This document shows positions 26,090-38,789 of a DNA stretch of 64,000 nucleotides, piece by piece (the first letter of the stretch is position 1; every line of letters starts with the position of its first letter). Location: contig NW_026262679.1 of NCBI RefSeq assembly GCF_021869535.1, positions 43,276,001 through 43,340,000 on the forward strand, in the 5' to 3' direction. This DNA is from Mytilus californianus. Lineage: Eukaryota. The notes under the pieces were generated by a model. The model was not told where the DNA came from, did no database searches, and was given only the letters and a program-made list of their open reading frames with translations. A program made the position numbers and the translations under genes.

Positions 26090-26315
26090 TTGCCAATTCA
26101 GGAGCCTGTTTTCCAGTGGTTGTCGTTTGTTGCTGTATGTGATATTTGTTTTTCGTTTATTATTATTTAGTACAGAAGTCAGTTAGTTTTCTCGTTTAAA
26201 TTGTTTTGCATATGTCATTTCGGGACCTTACTATGGTAACTGTGCGGTATTGGTTTTGCTCATTGTTAAAGGCCTTACTGTGACGTATTGGCAATCATAC
26301 CACACTTTCTTATCT
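26090..26315 (+). repeat. Fragment of the Naiad-type PLE 3' UTR repeat
   Basis: CAGGAGCCTG...CAGTGGTTGTCGTTTGTTG...GGCAATCATACCAC, as in 41395-41640. Confidence 0.75.
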
Positions 26316-27439
26316 TAGTATTATTTTTACAACAGATTGCACTTCACATGCAAATTTCGCTTTATATGCAATCTAAAATTTAGTATCATTCACTTAATCA
26401 TGGTAGACAATTGACCGTTGCACAATCTATTTGGTCTTTCATTACACTAAGAGACATAAACCAAACATTTCAATTTGGTCCAACAGTTAGGTAATTAATT
26501 TATCAAATTATCTCAAATTGGTTATATTTTACAATTGCAAATTTGGTATTTTTTTTATCTGAATGCCACACTTACAGTTTCAACAGAGAAAAATAATAAT
26601 GTTACAGATAAATAGCTAGGATAGACGAATGGTATTCTATATTTTAATTAATATTTTTCTGCAGCTATTTTCTGCCTAATACATGTAGCTTGTCATTCAT
26701 CTGGGTGCTGTCAAGCTACAAATGATACAACGAGTTCGTAAACTTTCATTTTTTTTTGTGTTTCAAAGCATACCTCGTGAGATGTTGGCTGTTCGTTATG
26801 ACTGTTTTGGTTTGAACATCCTCTGAAGTATTGTATGCTTATTTGTTCGGCTTCCCGAACCTTGGATTTGTCTCAAGCTTTATACGGCAAGTTATTCCAG
26901 TAACACTCGTCATGAAATCGCATTTATATTACTTTCATTATAGTAACCAATAGAATAATTCCGTTACACAATATAATATCAAGCTAAGAAACTTTTACTG
27001 CATAATAATTCTAAATGGATTGATGTTGATAAGCTAGGGAACAACATTATAAGGTACATTTAACAAATAAGTTCATTGCGAGGCTTACTTTGCCAAGGCA
27101 AAACAATCAAACGCCACATATAAAACGAAGGCCATACTTTCAAGATAATTAATTGGTCGGTTATTTGATATGTTGCTTTTCAAGAATAAATACAATACTT
27201 TACAAACAGTTTATTTGACTTGGAGTGGAAACCCAGGGAAAATACCGAAGTGAATGTTACAAGAACAATAAAACGTCGGATATATTATAAAGACCTATAC
27301 CCATATGCATCCTACACACACACACACACACAAACTTTAATTAATTACATAGAAATAAACAACATACAACACAGACACACATTGGCATGGCTACAAATAG
27401 AGTAAACTAGAGGTTCCAAAGAGCATAGATCGACTTTAA

Positions 27440-27895
27440 AACTAAAAAATAATATTGAGAATGAAAACGGGGAATGTGTCAGAGACAACAACCCGACCAA
27501 AGAGCAGAAAACAGGCCAAGGCCACCAATGGGTCTTCAACACAGCGAGAAAACCCCGCACCCGGAGGCGGGCTTCAACTAGCCCCTAAACAATAATGATA
27601 CTTGTTTAGTGAAAATGGACGTTACACTAAACAAACTCCGAAACATATAAATGAGCCAGTATTACAAAAAAGACATACAAGACTAATAAAGGTCAGAGGT
27701 TCCTGACTTGGGACAGGCGCAAAAATGCGGCGGGGTTAAACATGTTTTGTGAGATCTAAACCCTCCCCCTATACCTCTAGCCAATGTGGAATAAACAAAC
27801 AAACAGCAATACGCACAGTAAAACTCAGTTTAAAAGAAGTCCGAGTCCGATGTTAGAATAGGTAACAGAAGAAACTTAGCAAAATGACAATGATC
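27440..27895 (+). repeat. Second dispersed repeat family; inverted copies at ~42015-42170 and ~49415-49715
   Basis: GGGGAATGTGTC...AGAGACAACAACCCGACC...CCCGCACCCGGAGGCG...CCTGACTTGGGACAGGCG shared among the three sites. Confidence 0.8.
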
Positions 27896-27918
27896 AACAT
27901 TATATTTATTGATTAACA

Positions 27919-28927
27919 TTAATACACTCTTCGTCTTATCTTGTTCCGTCTCCTTAATGCTCTACCTATACGTGCTCTACGTAACATTTGAGGACCTACT
28001 CGATAAGTGCCTCTGTGATTCCTTGGTAAAATCGTGTACGTGTCCATCATACCAGCAGACATATGTAATCCTAAATGACAATGAACAAACCACGTTCCTG
28101 GATTATCTGCAAACATTTCTACAGTTTCATATGATCCTGGAACAACACCAATTACATCATCCCGGAAAGATGACGCGGAAGTTTTGATAAAAGTTTGTCC
28201 ATGAAAATGATTTGAATGTACACCATTGGAGTTACCAAATGAGTACGTGTACCATGCTATTGTATCTCCTTCTGTCATTTCTAGGTTCGGTATGTTAGAA
28301 AAAATAAATCCATTAATACTAAACTTATTATTAGATTGTTGGAAAATTGAGTCATCCAGATAAGTCCTGTTCGGTGCTCTTTCTCGTACATTCTCGTCAA
28401 AGTAATGGCTGTTAGCTTCAATGAATATAACAAACGCTAACGCAAATTCTTTGTTTGTTTTGTCCATTCTATTGCCATAAACATCCAAAACACCTCTTTT
28501 ACAAATAAGTAGCGGTCCAATCAAACCCGTGGCAATACCCTTATGAGGATAAACAGGCGAATTATATGGATATCCAACACAGTTAGGCTCATTTCTACGA
28601 GGACCGGATCGTTCTGGAACTAGCCATCTGTAAATTTTCACATCTCCTGGTTTTACACCATTTCTTAAATGTTTAGACATTTCATTATCCAGTGGTAGAT
28701 TCTTCAAGTATATAGAATTATCAAAAGACGCCATATTTTTGAAAACTACTTCAATGACGTCTCCAACTGCTGCCTTAATGAATGGTCCAAGTATTCCAAG
28801 ATGGTTATCTTTTTCTGTACGCTGTACCTGTTTTGAAAATGATGCATCAAAGAATTCCCTGTACACAGTCTTTTTATACTGTGTGCCAATAAACGTGTCC
28901 GTATTACGAACATAAAGATTCCCCGGC
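27919..28927 (-). CDS. Multicopper oxidase (hephaestin/ceruloplasmin-like), terminal exon: domains 5-6 plus basic tail
   Basis: Acceptor TTTAG at 28928; HLGILGPFIKAAVGD, GLIGPLLIC, HSNHFHG, WFVHCHLGLHMSAGM; stop at 27919; 1+1008 nt fits the phase-2 junction. Confidence 0.95.
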
Positions 28928-29297
28928 CTAAAATAAAAACGTCATGTTAAAGTACAATTGGCATTCTTTATAAATAATCAAATTTACAATATAATCGGTG
29001 ACTGAATAGACAAAAAAATTATTAAAGCACTGCTGTGTCTATTTATGATTGTTTCTTTGTAAAACGTCATTATATTATCTAATTAACATTGTTTTTTTTT
29101 CAAATAAATTGGGATCTAAGATATCAATATTTGTAACCAAAACCAATCAGTCATCATATTCTAAATTATTTTTCCCTAGCAGGTATAGTTTTTGGACATC
29201 TTCAAATCTAAATAGGTTGCCTACTTTAATGCACATGCACAGGTTTTTTTAAATCCATTTATCAATCTCAGTAGTCCGATAATATCACCCTACTTAC

Positions 29298-29517
29298 GTA
29301 TTTGGATCTCTAAGATCCCCCATTGTCACAATATTTATTTTTCTCGGTGCATAATCCCAGATTACATCTACAGCTGCTATATAAATCCTGCGAATTACAG
29401 TCTTCTCAAAGACAGGAACAGACACGAGCAGAGGGCGATTACACGTGTCTACATTAAATCTAGTTACCATGCCGTCTGTCTGAGTTTCTAACTGACCAGC
29501 ATGGAGAAGCCACTTTC
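29298..29517 (-). CDS. Multicopper oxidase exon (end of domain 4 / start of domain 5)
   Basis: AG|GAAAGTGG...AATAC|GTAAGT; GKWLLHAGQLETQTDGM...RRIYIAAVDVIWDYAP; 220 nt, phase 1 to 2. Confidence 0.93.
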
Positions 29518-30750
29518 CTATAAATACAAAGAAATGAAAAATATAACCAGTCTTAAAACTAATTAAAAGCCATGATACCCGACTAATCATTTGGTAAGCA
29601 GGACTAACAATTATCATTGCCGCTCGGATCAAACACATTTGGAAGACGAAATGACTTAAAGTCGTTGTAAGCGTAAATTATAATCCCTTGCCTCCATCAT
29701 TCGTATGGCTGCCTGATTCAGATTTTTATTGCTTAGTCTCGGAAATATGGAAACGCAAATATTCATTACTTATTAAGATGTGGGTAGAGATTCAACAAAA
29801 TGTTTCACGCTGAAAAGAAAAGAAAAAAAACCATGCATAGGTTTTAATTCTAGCATCAAGAAATTCGTGCGACTTCAACAATGCGGTATGTCGTCCAACT
29901 GTCACAGGTAAGTCAGGTATTGATTATTTGTAAGCAGAATAAAGGTATGGTAAGCATGAATAGTTATTAACAGAAGATTGATAATGATTTGATAAAAAAT
30001 CAACAAAATGTGTGTTGCGTTTTTAAAGCCTGTGAGTATAAGATAAGATATTTTATTTTTTTAAGATAAGATATTTTATTTCCAATTATGGGCCCCAAAG
30101 GGCATAAACATTACAACATCAATAATTTTTTCATAATACAATACAAACAATGAGATAAAAAAAAAAAAAAAAGTTAAACGAGAACTATTTAAGTTCTTAA
30201 AGAATACGTAGATAAAGAATCTATAGTATGTTTTTTTTTTTAATACTAATGCATTTTATTGCAAGTGTGGTTGATATAGATAACAAACAAGCAGCCCAAA
30301 AAGAAAAAGAAAAATAGATATCCACATATGTATAGTACACAAAAAGTTGGATCAATTAAATATATAATAATTAGCCAAAAAGAAAGTAGAAATTAAACAT
30401 GTCCATGACTCATCCTGTGTCAGCAGCAAATAGGAAAGCATTATGGTTTCCTAAAGGCAGCTGACACCAGGGGGCGATACCTTATGGGCCATAGGCATGT
30501 AAAATGTGTGTAAATGTCTCTTTCCTACCTGTATCAAAAGCAAACAAGGAAGCATCATAGGTAACTTGAATGCAGTTGATACCAGGGGACGATGCCTCAA
30601 GGATATAAGAGAACATTTGAATAAATAATATATCTTAACAATTATTTTTTTTTTTAATCGGCTAGTATGTTTGTGATATTCAGATGAATATAATTTTCTA
30701 TGTCCAATCAAATGTATATACACATATAGATTTCCTTTAACTAATCTTCA

Positions 30751-33700
30751 CTAAGGAAGATGTTTGTATATAAAATTACATATTATTTTAAGTAACTCAA
30801 CATTTTCTACACTAAATAACCAGATAATTTTGCTTTGACTGTTCATATGATTAAAATAAGAATTATATTGTGCAATACTAGCTAACATACAATTTCTATC
30901 ATCCTCAAATTTGTTACAATCAAATAGAAAATGAGCCTCATCTTCGACAGTATTGGAAGAACATTTATTACATATTCTGTTAATTGGGGGAATACCCTGA
31001 TATCTACCTAATTCTATTTGTAATCTATGAGAAGATACACGTAATTTAGTAAAACTTCTTCAAGTTCAAAATTCTTGATCAATGTTAGATATTTTTCAAA
31101 ACCAAAATTTGTTTTATATAAAAGGTAGGTTTTCAGTTTACTGTCTGAAAATTTATCTATTTGATTTTTCCAACAGCTAATAAACAATATTGATAGCTTG
31201 GTTTGTATATATTTCTTAAATTTGTATAAGGATTCACAAAATGGAGCATTTATGGCATTTGTATAGTCAATACCAAGTATTTTAAAAACAACATTTATTG
31301 AACCATACCATGATGTTATATTCATGTGATGTAGTGTCTTTGATTGTGTATATGCCTCTTTTAATAGAGGAAAATTATTACCTAAATTCTCTAATCTATA
31401 CCAGTACAATAACATTCCTTTTATAATATTAAAATATATTGGAAATCTTCCAAGTTCAGATAACACTGCAGCATTTGTTGTTTTCTTGTGTACCCCAAGT
31501 ATAAATTTACAAAATTTTATATGAAGTTTCTCACAGGGTAAACCTGAATATAATTTTTCAAAAGATATATCTTCCTTCTTACATTTAGAGGAAAGAGAAT
31601 TAAACATCCCCCATATTTCGCTACCATATAATAAAATAGGTTTTACAGTGTGGTCAAAAACATGAATACTTGTTTTTACATCAGGATTAAGTGATAAAAG
31701 ATCTTTCCTTAATTTGAAATGAGCTTTCAGGGATTTTTTGTATAGTTCATTTTGAGCATAACTGAATGAACCAGATGAGCTTAAATATAAACCTAGGTAT
31801 TTGTATTTTGAAACACATTCCAGATTTATATTCTGAAATGTGAATATCTGTTTTACATGTCTGCCTGCCTTGTTGAAAATCAGCACCTTTGTCTTATTAG
31901 TATTCACATTGAGACACCAATCTTTGCAAAATTTATCAAGCATTCCCAGCTTTTCTCGTAGTCCTTCAGCTGATGTAGATAATAAAACAATATCATCAGC
32001 ATACATTAAACAATGTAGATCTTTGTCATTGACATTAACTGGGTCTCTAGTATCTGACAAATATCTGGGCAAATCATTTATGAATATCTTGAATAAATTC
32101 GGACTGAGGTTGTCACCTTGTTTGACTCCAATATCTAATGGGAAAAAATCACTTACTTGATTTTGAATTTTGACACATGATTTGCTAATTTCATGCATAC
32201 TTTTAATAATGTTATCAAAATAAGACCCAGCCCCAATATCTAGTAGTTTAATCTTGATCCCTGTATGTATAACAGTATCAAAAGCCTTCTGAAAATCAAC
32301 AAAACAGGCAAACAGTCTACCTTCTTTTGAATTACAGTATTTGTTAATAAGACAGTTTAAAATAAACATATGATCTGCAGTTCTGGCTTTCCTTGTGAAT
32401 CCAATTTGACTATCATGTATAATATTATGTTCCTGAAGAAATTTGTCCAGTCTTAGACTTAATATTCTATTAAAAAGCTTTCCAATTGCACTTGTTATTG
32501 TTATTCCTCTATAATTGTTAGGGTCACTTGTATCGTTGCTTTTAAAAATTGGTGTAATATAACCTTCAGCCCAAGATGTTGGGTATATACCTGAAGACAG
32601 ACAAGTATTAAACATCTGTTGAAAACTTTTTAAAAGGAAAGTCTGTCCATTCTTTATCATATTATTACTAATGTTATCCAAGCCTGATGATTTATTGCAT
32701 TTTAAGTGTGAAATGGCTTTGGATATTTCAGACTCAGTGATAACGGAGTCCAACTCGTTGAAACATTTTGAGTTTTCTAACTGTTTCAGTTTTTCACATA
32801 GCTCTGTATATCTACTTTGAAATTCACCTTTCAGTTGTGACAACTTTTGGAAATGTGATATCAAAGTTGATGGTTGTACTCCACATTTTTTTTTAGTTTC
32901 ATTTTTTTCCTGTAGTTCATTAATTAAGTTCCAATACAGTTTTGGATTCTCTTCGTGCAAGGAGTCCAGCTGACTAATCAATGATTGTTTGTATTGTTTG
33001 TATTTATATTTCCTTAGTTTGGAGTATTCACGATTCAGTTTATAAAAGTGATTTTTGATAATTGGATCATATGGAAATCTTGAATAAATTTTTCCATAAT
33101 TAAGCAAGTTAGTTCGAGCTTGTTGTAAACTTGCGTCAAACCACTTTTTGTTTTTTTGTTTGTTTGTGTGTTTTTTTAAAGGTCGTTTAAGTGATAGATT
33201 TGCTGCTGATAAAAAGATGTTTGAAAGTTTTGATTATGCTTCATCTACTGATGTCTGAGTAAATTGAATTGTGCTGTTGTTGAATTCTAGTATGTAGTTT
33301 TGTAGTGTATCTGAAGAAAGTGTTTCTTGAAATTTTATTGCTGAACAGTCAGTCCAGATATAATTAGGTGTCATATTTTTCAACTGGATTGGAATATCAT
33401 TTTCTCCAGGAACACAATATTTTGCAGATAATTCCCACTCAAGTTTACAATGACAATCAGATAATGTGGGAATAAATCTGGATACTTTAAAATACAGTAC
33501 ATTTTCAAGAATTTCTTCCGACACAGCAACATAATCAACCACACTTGCACCATTGGGGGTATAGCAAGTAAAATTACCAAATGTATCACCAAGAACTCTG
33601 CCATTTAAAATTCTTATTTGTTTACTAATGCAAAAATCCAAAACTTCTTTGCCTCTTTGATAAATTTTTTGGTCTCGACTTTTTCTTGTCATAATGTTTT

Positions 33701-34274
33701 TGTCAGTAGGGTATGTATCAAAAATTGGAGTAAATTTTGAATCATCGTTTACTATAAAGTCATTTTCAGAGCCTATTCTGGCATTAAAATCTCCACATAA
33801 CAAAATTTCACCCATTTTTTTATACTGAAAGATATCTTTTTCTGTGCATTCAAAAACATCAGAAGAGAGTTCTTGGGTATATTTAGACGTAACAGGGGGG
33901 TTGTACAGTACACAAATAAATAGGTCACTTTTAAATCCAAAAAAGGATTTTTCTAATTTAATCCATTGATAATCTGGATTACTGTTAATCAATATTTTGA
34001 CATGAGGTTTAACGTGACTTTTCTGTAGAATTGCTATACCCCCAAAATGACGGTTATTATTTGATAATTTTCTACATATTGGATGATAATGAAATTTACC
34101 AATATTGTGTATTTGGGAATTATATCCCACATGAGTTTCGACTAAAAAAACAATGTCGTAATTCTCTATATGTTTCAGAAAAAGGGGATCCTCTGCTTTA
34201 TTCATGCCCTTTGAAAATAAGCCACCTATATTCCAATAACCAAATTTTACAGATGATTGGTTTGATTTTGGCAT
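30751..34274 (-). pseudogene. LINE ORF2: APE endonuclease + reverse transcriptase + C-terminal Cys/His finger; one in-frame TAA (33234) and a 1-nt deletion (~31057)
   Basis: YWNIGGL, LVETH, GDFNARIG, VVDY, SDCH; NYRGITITSAIGKLF, VDFQKAFDTV, GVKQGDNLSP, MYADD. The frame stays open across the TAA. Confidence 0.95.
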
Positions 34275-34873
34275 TTTGGTTGATACAATTAAATCTGGTA
34301 TAAATAATAGAATAGATTTTCTATCTATAAAAAAAAAAATAATAAAAATTTGTCTCTAAATAAAAGGAAGAGACAACAAGGAAAATATTCAGAAATGTAA
34401 ATATTTGAAATAAGTAGATTTATTTAGAGGAAAGTTTTTACAATGGTTTTCTAAATACAAATAGTCTATGATATAATGACAGATAATTTCTTTTCTATGT
34501 ATCCTCTTTTAACTGAATAACTATTAAACTGATTTGGGTTGAATAACCTGATATCCTGGGTTAATTCAAGATCAAAAGTATGATTCAAATGTGAAAACTA
34601 AAAATAAAAATGAATAAAATAAAATAAAAAAGGCGAACTTTTATACCTAGCAGAGGTTACATATATATGACCATGTAATAGTGTGACTTCTTCACATAAT
34701 GGCTGTTTCATTTGAAAAATCTATTCAAATGAGAATATGAATTTATCAGCCCAAAAAAAAGAAGAAATATATAAAGTTGTACATGTATATATAAATTATA
34801 TGTAAATGACTTTAAACATGTTAAAGGAAGTCAACATAATGATATGGTAATATGTATAATATTAAAAAGCAAG

Positions 34874-36040
34874 TTATTCATGATGACCTCTGCCACGTCC
34901 ACGTCCACGTCCTCTTGTGTTGTGCGATTTGGATCTACCTCTTGAATTTGGCATGGGAATGTTTAAGGCAGTGTGTATTCCACGCTTTAAGTTTGCCGAT
35001 AGCTGAGACACGCCAGAGTCAGAGAGATGAAATTTATCTTCACTTAGTAGCTCTGCAATTGGGTTTCCATTTCGCAACATATTGCCATGATCAACAAGTA
35101 GAACATCTTTATTGTCATCATATATTTGTTTCAACAAGGCATTTATGATTTGTCCATTTGTGTTGAAAATTACACTGTCGAGTCGAGGAGTAGTAAGAGA
35201 GATGATGCAACCACTATTTTGCCATTTTTGAAGTGCAAGCTTGACAATATCTTGTATTTCTTCTACACATTGCTGTGGTGATTTTATTTTCAAATCATTC
35301 GTCAGGGAATGAAACACTACTAGATTTGGAATTATATCCGATATCTCCAAAATAGCTTGTTTAGTTTCTTCTAAATTTAAAGCAGTAACCTTATTGGTTG
35401 TAAATGATGGCGATAGCTTCTCTGCATTGATACGTTTGGTATTGGATGTACCAATTAAAATAATTGTTGGTTTGTTATCAATGTCAAGTTTAGATTTGTC
35501 AGTATATTTCGTGTCTGCATTAACAAGATGAAAATCTTCAAATCGAGAAATCATTTGGGAGCGGAGAGAGATATTTTCTTCTTGTAATTTCTCCAAGTGT
35601 TGAGTATGTCGTTTTAGAGTATCAGTTAGTTTGTCAATTTCTTCATTTTTGGTTTGTAGGCTTACCGATAGAAAGTCGATCTCAGAGTTTGAAGTAGTTA
35701 ATACCTTTTTCATTTCTGCTCTAGTCTCCTCCAGTATTTGATTGTGACATTTCATTTGATCTTCATGTTGAGCTTTAATTAACATAATATTGCTTTGCTC
35801 GTGTTTTAATTTAACTTCCAAAGTCTGTTTTTCTGTTTGTACGGTTTTATATTTTAATTGTAATGTTGATATCTCATTGTCGTCTTTTCTACCTTTTCCC
35901 AAGACTAGAACATCATCATTGCATTGTTTAACAGCAGTTAATACTTTGCTGAAGTTTTCATTGTGACTGTGTTCTATTTTAGCCAGCGTGTCAACTAAAT
36001 TTAATTCAAGCCTTTGAAAATCATCTTTTTGAGGTTGATC
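34874..36040 (-). pseudogene. LINE ORF1: coiled coil + SGNH/esterase-like domain + RG-rich tail (5' end damaged)
   Basis: IILIGTSN, VVFHSLTNDL, IISLTTPR, DKFHLSDSG, RGRGRGRGRG. The frame is open upstream of 35902 to a TAA near 36043. Confidence 0.8.
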
Positions 36041-36711
36041 TTATATAGAATTACTATATATAAGGGGATATAACTGAATAGATAGGGCAACAAAATGTCA
36101 GAAATCGATAGATGTAGATAAGTTAAAGAAATAAATAACACTTCTATGGTTTAACCTTCACAGAGAACGACAAAACCGAATACTTGAAATTAATGAAAAT
36201 ATTCTTAAATATTTGAATACTTGTTGGAAAGATATAAAAAATTAATCGATTTAAAAGTGTAATAATATAAAAATAGAACATACAAATCCCATGATAAACC
36301 AAAGCGTCAACAAAATTTTGTATTGTTATACAACTTTTCACTAAAAAGTATCATAAAATATACTTTATAGGCAACACGGTAAAAGTATCCAATGGAAAAC
36401 AGTCATTTGCAAACTAAATGCATATGAATTAGAATAATCTAACGAGTAAAATTGCGGCTGTCACTGTAGGAGCAGGACATGCTGATCATTCCGGGGCACC
36501 TGGTTGTACCGGGGTTAGTTTTGCTTAATTCTTAACTTTCTGTGTAGTGGTTTCTTGACTGTTATATGTCTTTTTTTGTAATTTTCCTTTTGAGAAAGGG
36601 TCTGTCTTATTGTCTTCAACTAATGGTTTGTGATTTCATTTTGAAAATTATAGTTTAACATTTAGTAATGGCAATTTAGTTAAAACATTTAAGATCATTT
36701 AAGCAAATTAC

Positions 36712-36924
36712 CTGGATTATCTGGAGTCATATAAGCAGTCTGACTAGTTCCTGGTAATACAGACACGTGGTCAAGCATTCGGCCATCATACTGGACATTG
36801 TTTCCTTCAAACACTGGATTCTGATAATCAAATCTTTCACCAAAACCAAGAACATGCCAAGATACTTGGTCTCCAACACACATGTCAAAACCGCCAATGT
36901 TGCCGAAAACTCGACCGTTTATTG
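36712..36924 (-). CDS. Multicopper oxidase exon (domain 4)
   Basis: CACAG|CAATAAAC...CCAG|GTAATT; AINGRVFGNIGGFDMCVGDQVSWHVLGFG; 213 nt, phase 1 to 1. Confidence 0.95.
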
Positions 36925-37516
36925 CTGTGACAAAATATATGCATGTTAAAAGTGTGCATTGTTAGAGAGACATACAAACGTACAATGTTAAGTGTAAAGA
37001 TATTTGTAGATTAAGCTTGATGGATAGCGAGTAGACACGATATTTGGAATTTAGGTGCAAAATAAGTTTAGACAGTAACATGAAACTGAAGAAGTATAAA
37101 GTAACACAGTTAATTCTCATTATAGGGAATGTTTTAAAATGTGACGTCCTCATGTACGCTGTCTCATTACTGTTATCATATAATATCGTATATGTCATAG
37201 GATCAGTTAGACAGTTTTTGAAACTAGATTTTCATTTGCTTTTACCGTTTACGACACATTGATGGCATCAGATATTTGATGAAATGGCAAACTGAAATTA
37301 AGTCATCACACATGTTTAGATACCACAAATAATGAAATATTTCTTCTGTCTTGTTGTATTATTATGTATTTTCAAGGCTATAGAATATTTCGATTCAAAG
37401 TGGTGCCATATATGTTCATAAGCAGGATACATGCCTCTGAAAACGTTTACATCTCTAAAGATATCAGTTTCTTGGTCAACCATTTTTCATTTGACGTTTG
37501 TTGTCAGGATACATAC

Positions 37517-37667
37517 CTCTTAAAGTGTTTACATCTCTCAACATATCGTTTTCTTGGTCAACCATTTTACCATTCATCATGGCCAAGGATATACTTTGAT
37601 TGAAGTACCAGCTATCTTGTTCAAACCAATTCATCAACATTAGGAAAAATTCTTTGTTGACACCACG
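37517..37667 (-). CDS. Multicopper oxidase exon (start of domain 4; not in the ORF track)
   Basis: TAAAG|CGTGGT...AGAG|GTATGT; RGVNKEFFLMLMNWFEQDSWYFNQSI; 151 nt, phase 0 to 1, bridges both neighbouring exons exactly. Confidence 0.9.
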
Positions 37668-37744
37668 CTTTAAATCAAAGAAGAAAATTGAATTGACAAA
37701 TCATATTTATTTGACATGGGGCGGTTTGATTTATTATTTTATAA

Positions 37745-38290
37745 ACACACTTGCCAAAAACCATTACCATTAGACATGGGGCTTTCTATTTGTTGATGAA
37801 TTATATAGACATTTTTCGATACACCATTACCATTAGACATGGGGCTTTCTATTTGTTGATGAATTATATAGACACTTTTGCCATACACCATTACCATTAG
37901 ACATGGGGCTTTCTATTTGTTGATGAATTATATAGACACTTTTGCCATACACCATTACCATTAGACATGGGGCTTTCTATTTGTTGAGGAATTATATAGA
38001 CATTTTGCCATACACCATTACCATTAGACATGGGGCTTTCTATTTGTTGATGAATTATATAGACACTTTTGCCATACACCATTACCATTAAACATGGGGC
38101 TTTCTATTTGTTGATGAATTATATAGACACTATTGCCATACACAATAACTATTTGACATGGGGGCCTTCTATTTGTTGATGTATTGTAAAACACCATTAC
38201 TATTAGACATGTGCCTTTCTATTTCTTGATGTAATATATAAACACTATTGCCAAACAAAATTACCATAAGACATGGGGCTTTCTTTTTGT
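37745..38290. repeat. ~64-bp minisatellite x~8
   Basis: CCATTACCATTAGACATGGGGCTTTCTATTTGTTGATG at 37761, 37824, 37888, 37952, 38015 and 38079, then degenerate. Confidence 0.95.
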
Positions 38291-38789
38291 TGTAGTTTAT
38301 TACGGAAAAAACCCCAATTATAAACCTAGTAGACAGCAACCAACGACGCCCTATGAATTGGTTCCTGACTTTCGACAGGCACATTCAGAATATGGAGATG
38401 TTCCATGTAAAGGTGAGCGCACAACCCTCAAATAACCTGGGAAAATGATGGAACAGCACAGCTTGGGCAAACTATACAAATCAGTTGCAAATGGCTTGAC
38501 TCATCAGATTGACAAAATACAAAAGCAACTAACAAAAAAACTTAATACACAAAGTAATCATCTAAGAGTACTAAAAGATACTGACAAATAATTAATAAAT
38601 CATGTTTCCGTGGCTCAAAACGATCAGTACACATCCAATGGGTTCAGTGAAAATATGTCATTAATAGTCTGACAAAAACATAACCTCATGCAATACCAAA
38701 ATATAAATATTGGCAAGATGTTGGACCAGAAGTGTTCATAACTGTATTAAAACAATATTTTAAGCAATGTTTAAGTATAGCTGTATTAT

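Larger units (their letters stand above)
30040..36090 (-). mobile_element. Near full-length non-LTR retrotransposon, RTE-X-like (esterase ORF1, APE-RT ORF2), (TCTTA)n tail
   Basis: ORF1, ~600-bp spacer, ORF2, ~700-bp 3' UTR and TAAGA repeats at ~30040-30075. Lies in an intron, sense to the host gene. Clade call from motif recall. Confidence 0.85.
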
